Assembly: GCA_033850605.1 (NCBI GenBank)
Contig: JAWWPL010000246.1
Span: 1 to 46,525, forward strand
From: Blastocatellia bacterium
Lineage (GTDB): Bacteria > Acidobacteriota > Blastocatellia > Pyrinomonadales > Pyrinomonadaceae
DNA length: 46,525 bases
Direction of reading: 5' to 3'
The notes beneath the pieces were generated by a model, which was given only the letters and a program-made list of their open reading frames with translations, was not told the origin of the DNA and made no database searches. Positions within the stretch are counted from its first letter, which is position 1, and each line of letters starts with the position of its first letter. A program made the translations under genes and the position numbers. Of the stretch, positions 43,987-46,525 are shown in pieces.

Positions 43987-44166
43987 GTGTGTCAGAAGCT
44001 AATCGTGAGAGAGGGCGACACTTAGAGCTGGGAGCGCGGACGTCTCGTCCGCACAGCGTGCGCACCACGCTAATGCTTTTCGCGCTTCGCGCTCAGTGCG
44101 GACGGGACGTCCGCGCTCCCAGCGCCCCGAACGTTGCCCTTGCTCACGCGCGGGCTTCTGACACAC
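43987..44166. repeat. nested palindromic elements between hisC and hisB
   Basis: Outer arms gtgtgtcagaagc (43987-43999) and gcttctgacacac (44154-44166) are exact reverse complements. Inside the loop is a second element with 28-bp arms, gctgggagcgcggacgtctcgtccgcac (44027-44054) and gtgcggacgggacgtccgcgctcccagc (44096-44123), with 1 mismatch. Confidence 0.85.
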
Positions 44167-44187
44167 CCTCCAAACGAACAGGTGTCT

Positions 44188-44796
44188 ATGAAGATGAAAA
44201 AACAAAACCATATTCGCGAGGCGGAAGTTCAACGCAAGACCAAAGAAACGAATGTGCGCGTCAAGCTAAACCTCGACGGCGATGGCCGTTCGCGCATCGA
44301 CACCGGCCTCCCCTTTCTCGATCACATGCTCGATCTGTTTGCGAAGCACGGATTGTTCAACCTCGAGATTGTCTGCAAAGGCGATTTGGAAATCGACGAC
44401 CATCATTCAGTTGAAGACATCGCAATAACACTTGGCCAGGCGCTGACCGATGCGCTGGGCAACAAGTTGGGCATCAAGCGTTATGGCGAAGCTACTCTGC
44501 CAATGGATGAAGCCTTATGTCGTTCCGTGATCGATCTCTCAGGCCGTTTCTACCTGGTCTATGAAGTGGCGACCAGACGTCAGAAGATTGGAAACTTTTC
44601 GATTGAGTTGGCGGAACACTTCTGGCGATCGTTTGCCGAAACTGCGAAATTCAATTTGCACATCGATTGTTTGCGCGGCCGTAACACTCATCACATTCTC
44701 GAAGGCACCTTCAAGGCTACCGCCCGCGCCTTGCGCCAGGCCGTTGAGCGTGACCCGCGCATCACCGGTGTCTTGAGCACAAAGGGAGTCCTCTAA
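44188..44796 (+). CDS. hisB: imidazoleglycerol-phosphate dehydratase (monofunctional)
   Basis: RKTKETNV, GLPFLDHMLDLFAKHG, DDHHSVEDIAI and HHILEGTFKATARALRQA. The track start 44134 lies in repeat sequence. Start moved to ATG 44188. Confidence 0.92.
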   Translation: MKMKKQNHIREAEVQRKTKETNVRVKLNLDGDGRSRIDTGLPFLDHMLDLFAKHGLFNLEIVCKGDLEIDDHHSVEDIAITLGQALTDALGNKLGIKRYGEATLPMDEALCRSVIDLSGRFYLVYEVATRRQKIGNFSIELAEHFWRSFAETAKFNLHIDCLRGRNTHHILEGTFKATARALRQAVERDPRITGVLSTKGVL

Positions 44797-44798
44797 TC

Positions 44799-45416
44799 GT
44801 GCCGCAAATCGCCATCATCGACTATGGAGTCGGCAATCTGCGTTCGGTTGAGAAAGCGTTTGCCGCGAACGGCTGCGTCGCTGTCGTCACCGCGGACCTG
44901 AGCGTGTTGCGTAGGGCCGGGCGCTTGGTGCTTCCCGGAGTTGGAGCCTTCGGCGCCTGCATGAACGCGCTCGCTGAACGCGGATTTGATGATTTGGTGC
45001 GCGAGCGCAGCGGTGCGGGAACGCCTTTGTTGGGCGTTTGTGTGGGGATGCAATTGCTCTTTGAAGAATCGGAGGAGTTCGGCGCTACGAAGGGTCTTGG
45101 CCTTTTACCTGGCCGCGTTCGCCGCTTCTCAGACAATCTGCCAAACAGTCTGGTAGTGCCGCATGTCGGGTGGAATCAAATCCGCCAGCGAACGACGCAT
45201 CCACTGTTCGCTGGAATAGAAGACGAAGCATTCTTCTATTTCGTGCACTCCTACTATTGCGAACCGGCGCAGGACGAAATGGTTCTGGGCGAAACGGATT
45301 ACGGTGTGACTTATGCCTCTGTGATTGCGCAAGAGAATCTTTGCGGCGTGCAATTTCATCCGGAAAAGAGCCAGGAGGCCGGCCTCAGATTGTTGGCAAA
45401 CTTTGCGCATGCCTGA
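44799..45416 (+). CDS. hisH: imidazole glycerol phosphate synthase, glutamine amidotransferase subunit
   Basis: [39 protein letters not shown] (catalytic Cys) and HVGWN..., GVQFHPEKS. Confidence 0.93.
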   Translation: MPQIAIIDYGVGNLRSVEKAFAANGCVAVVTADLSVLRRAGRLVLPGVGAFGACMNALAERGFDDLVRERSGAGTPLLGVCVGMQLLFEESEEFGATKGLGLLPGRVRRFSDNLPNSLVVPHVGWNQIRQRTTHPLFAGIEDEAFFYFVHSYYCEPAQDEMVLGETDYGVTYASVIAQENLCGVQFHPEKSQEAGLRLLANFAHA

Positions 45417-45421
45417 TTTCT

Positions 45422-46189
45422 ATGCTGGCAAAACGAATCATACCTTGTCTGGATGTAGATCGCGGCCGCGTGGTCAAAGGCATTCGCTTTGTCTCGCTGG
45501 TTGATGCGGGCAGTCCGGTTGAGCAGGCTGTAAGGTACGACGCCGAGGGCGCCGACGAGCTGACCTTTCTTGATATCACCGCTTCTTCGGACAAGCGCGA
45601 GATTGTCTCTGAACTCGTCCGCCGGGTCGCCGACGAAGTCTTCATTCCCTTCACGGTGGGCGGAGGATTGCGGTCTTTGGCAGATATTCGCGCAGTGCTT
45701 CGTTCTGGCGCCGATAAAGTTTCGCTCAACACCGCCGCGATCGAGAAGCCGGAACTAATCAAAGAGGGCGCCGAAACATTCGGATCGCAGTGCATGGTTG
45801 TGGCCGTCGACGCGCGCCGGCGCGATCCCGACGATGCGAGTAAAGGCTGGGAGGTTTTCACCCACGGCGGCAGAATCCAGACCGGGCTCGATGCGAGCGA
45901 GTGGATCGCCCGCGCCGAAAAACTGGGAGCCGGAGAGATTTTGCTGACCAGCATGGATCGTGACGGCACGAAAGACGGATACGATATCGAGCTGACGCGG
46001 GCAATTTCCGCCAGCGTTCGCATCCCCGTGATCGCGTCTGGTGGCGCGGGAAAGCCCGAACACTTTTACGAAGCGTTAATCGAGGGGGGCGCGAGCGCGG
46101 TGCTGGCGGCATCACTTTTTCACTTTGGCGAGTATCAGATTTCCGACGTTAAGAATTATTTGCGCAAGCGAGGAGTAGTGGTGAGATGA
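45422..46189 (+). CDS. hisF: imidazole glycerol phosphate synthase, cyclase subunit
   Basis: [72 protein letters not shown] and AASLFHF. The track start 45170 lies inside hisH. Start moved to ATG 45422. Confidence 0.93.
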   Translation: MLAKRIIPCLDVDRGRVVKGIRFVSLVDAGSPVEQAVRYDAEGADELTFLDITASSDKREIVSELVRRVADEVFIPFTVGGGLRSLADIRAVLRSGADKVSLNTAAIEKPELIKEGAETFGSQCMVVAVDARRRDPDDASKGWEVFTHGGRIQTGLDASEWIARAEKLGAGEILLTSMDRDGTKDGYDIELTRAISASVRIPVIASGGAGKPEHFYEALIEGGASAVLAASLFHFGEYQISDVKNYLRKRGVVVR

Positions 46190-46525
46190 GTGTTTCGATT
46201 GAGAAAATCAAGTTTGACGGACAAGGCCTGGTGCCGGTGGTCGTCCAGGACGCCAATACCCTGGAGGTTTTGACCCTGGCTTACATGAACGCTGCCAGCC
46301 TCAAACAAACTCTCGAGACCAAAGAGACCTGGTTCTGGTCTCGCTCGCGTTCGAGTTTGTGGCACAAGGGCGAGACCTCCGGTCACACACAACGGGTGAC
46401 CGGCATTGTCGTCGATTGCGATCGCGACGCACTCACAGTCTTCGTCATACCGAATGGTCCTGCCTGTCATACCGGTGCGCAATCCTGTTTTCACAATAGC
46501 CTTCAAGGGGAGGAGGGTTCGTCCG
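46186..46525 (+). CDS. hisI: phosphoribosyl-AMP cyclohydrolase (HisI, possibly HisIE), 3'-truncated by the window end
   Basis: Manual translation gives [71 protein letters not shown]...DCDRDALTV...GPACHTG..SCF. ATGA overlap with the hisF stop. It is absent from the ORF track because no stop lies within the window. Confidence 0.88.
   Translation, partial: MSVSIEKIKFDGQGLVPVVVQDANTLEVLTLAYMNAASLKQTLETKETWFWSRSRSSLWHKGETSGHTQRVTGIVVDCDRDALTVFVIPNGPACHTGAQSCFHNSLQGEEGSS

Noticed and set aside
20986-44166. CRISPR array
   Set aside because: The repeats are palindromic singletons or inverted pairs of several unrelated families, not regularly spaced direct repeats with unique spacers. No cas genes are present.
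43989-44414. 141-aa + strand ORF spanning the hisC-hisB gap
   Set aside because: It consists of translated nested repeats followed by an out-of-frame reading of hisB.
112-45421. Long N-terminal extensions given by the ORF track (starts 112, 2167, 9195, 11878, 12505, 19614, 21243, 22415, 27410, 28285, 44134, 45170)
   Set aside because: The extensions overlap the preceding gene or repeat DNA, and homology begins at a downstream start. That start usually has a Shine-Dalgarno motif or a stop/start overlap. Downstream starts were used instead.
45385-46023. 212-aa minus-strand ORF antisense to hisF
   Set aside because: The hisF frame is unambiguous. The antisense translation is Ser/Arg/Pro-rich.
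1-46525. tRNA/rRNA genes, transposases, integrases, phage or toxin-antitoxin/defence modules
   Set aside because: I saw no T-loop/cloverleaf-like sequence, no rRNA-like stretch and no ORF with recombinase, nuclease or defence-type motifs. The accessory character of the window comes from gene remnants and small repeats instead.

Overview
46.5-kb chromosomal window, moderately GC-rich, with almost all genes on the + strand. It most resembles a soil Acidobacteriota-type genome. That assignment is inference only, based on a TonB-dependent receptor with a carboxypeptidase-regulatory N-terminus, a Ser/Thr kinase fused to a TolB-like propeller, and many short palindromic intergenic repeat families. 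Modules in order: (1) 178-4310, a CoA-dependent organic-acid module (glutaryl-CoA-dehydrogenase-like ACAD, two crotonases, family III CoA-transferase). (2) 4353-11268, a redox-stress cluster: catalase translationally coupled to a reversed-order GTP cyclohydrolase II/DHBP synthase fusion and an acyl-CoA ligase, then a Dps-like protein, a deaminase-only RibD, a DsbA-like protein and a peroxiredoxin-like protein. (3) 11.3-19.3 kb, an accessory stretch: small membrane protein, two paralogous secreted cupins, TauD-family dioxygenase plus APC permease, and a large kinase on the minus strand flanked by gene remnants. (4) 19.7-25.4 kb, L-fuconate dehydratase plus a sugar ABC transporter, ending in short lutA and lutB remnants. 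(5) 25.6-39.2 kb, a TetR-headed lipid/polyester-type locus: alpha/beta hydrolases, a secreted PHB-depolymerase-family esterase, two acyl-CoA synthetases, a TonB-dependent receptor, a KAS III-like protein lacking the His and Asn catalytic residues, a MaoC dehydratase and an MFS transporter. (6) 39.5-46.5 kb, a his operon (hisZ-G-D-C-B-H-F-I, no hisA). The his operon is preceded by a consensus-like promoter, a 38-codon His-rich leader ORF that is too short for the ORF track, and a terminator with an alternative antiterminator pairing. I found no tRNA, rRNA, CRISPR array, transposase or integrase. The most interesting signals are the candidate his leader-peptide attenuator, the catalytically divergent KAS III-like gene cluster, the reversed RibA-RibB fusion coupled to catalase, the TetR operator pair, the eroded lutAB junction, and nested palindromic elements inside operons.
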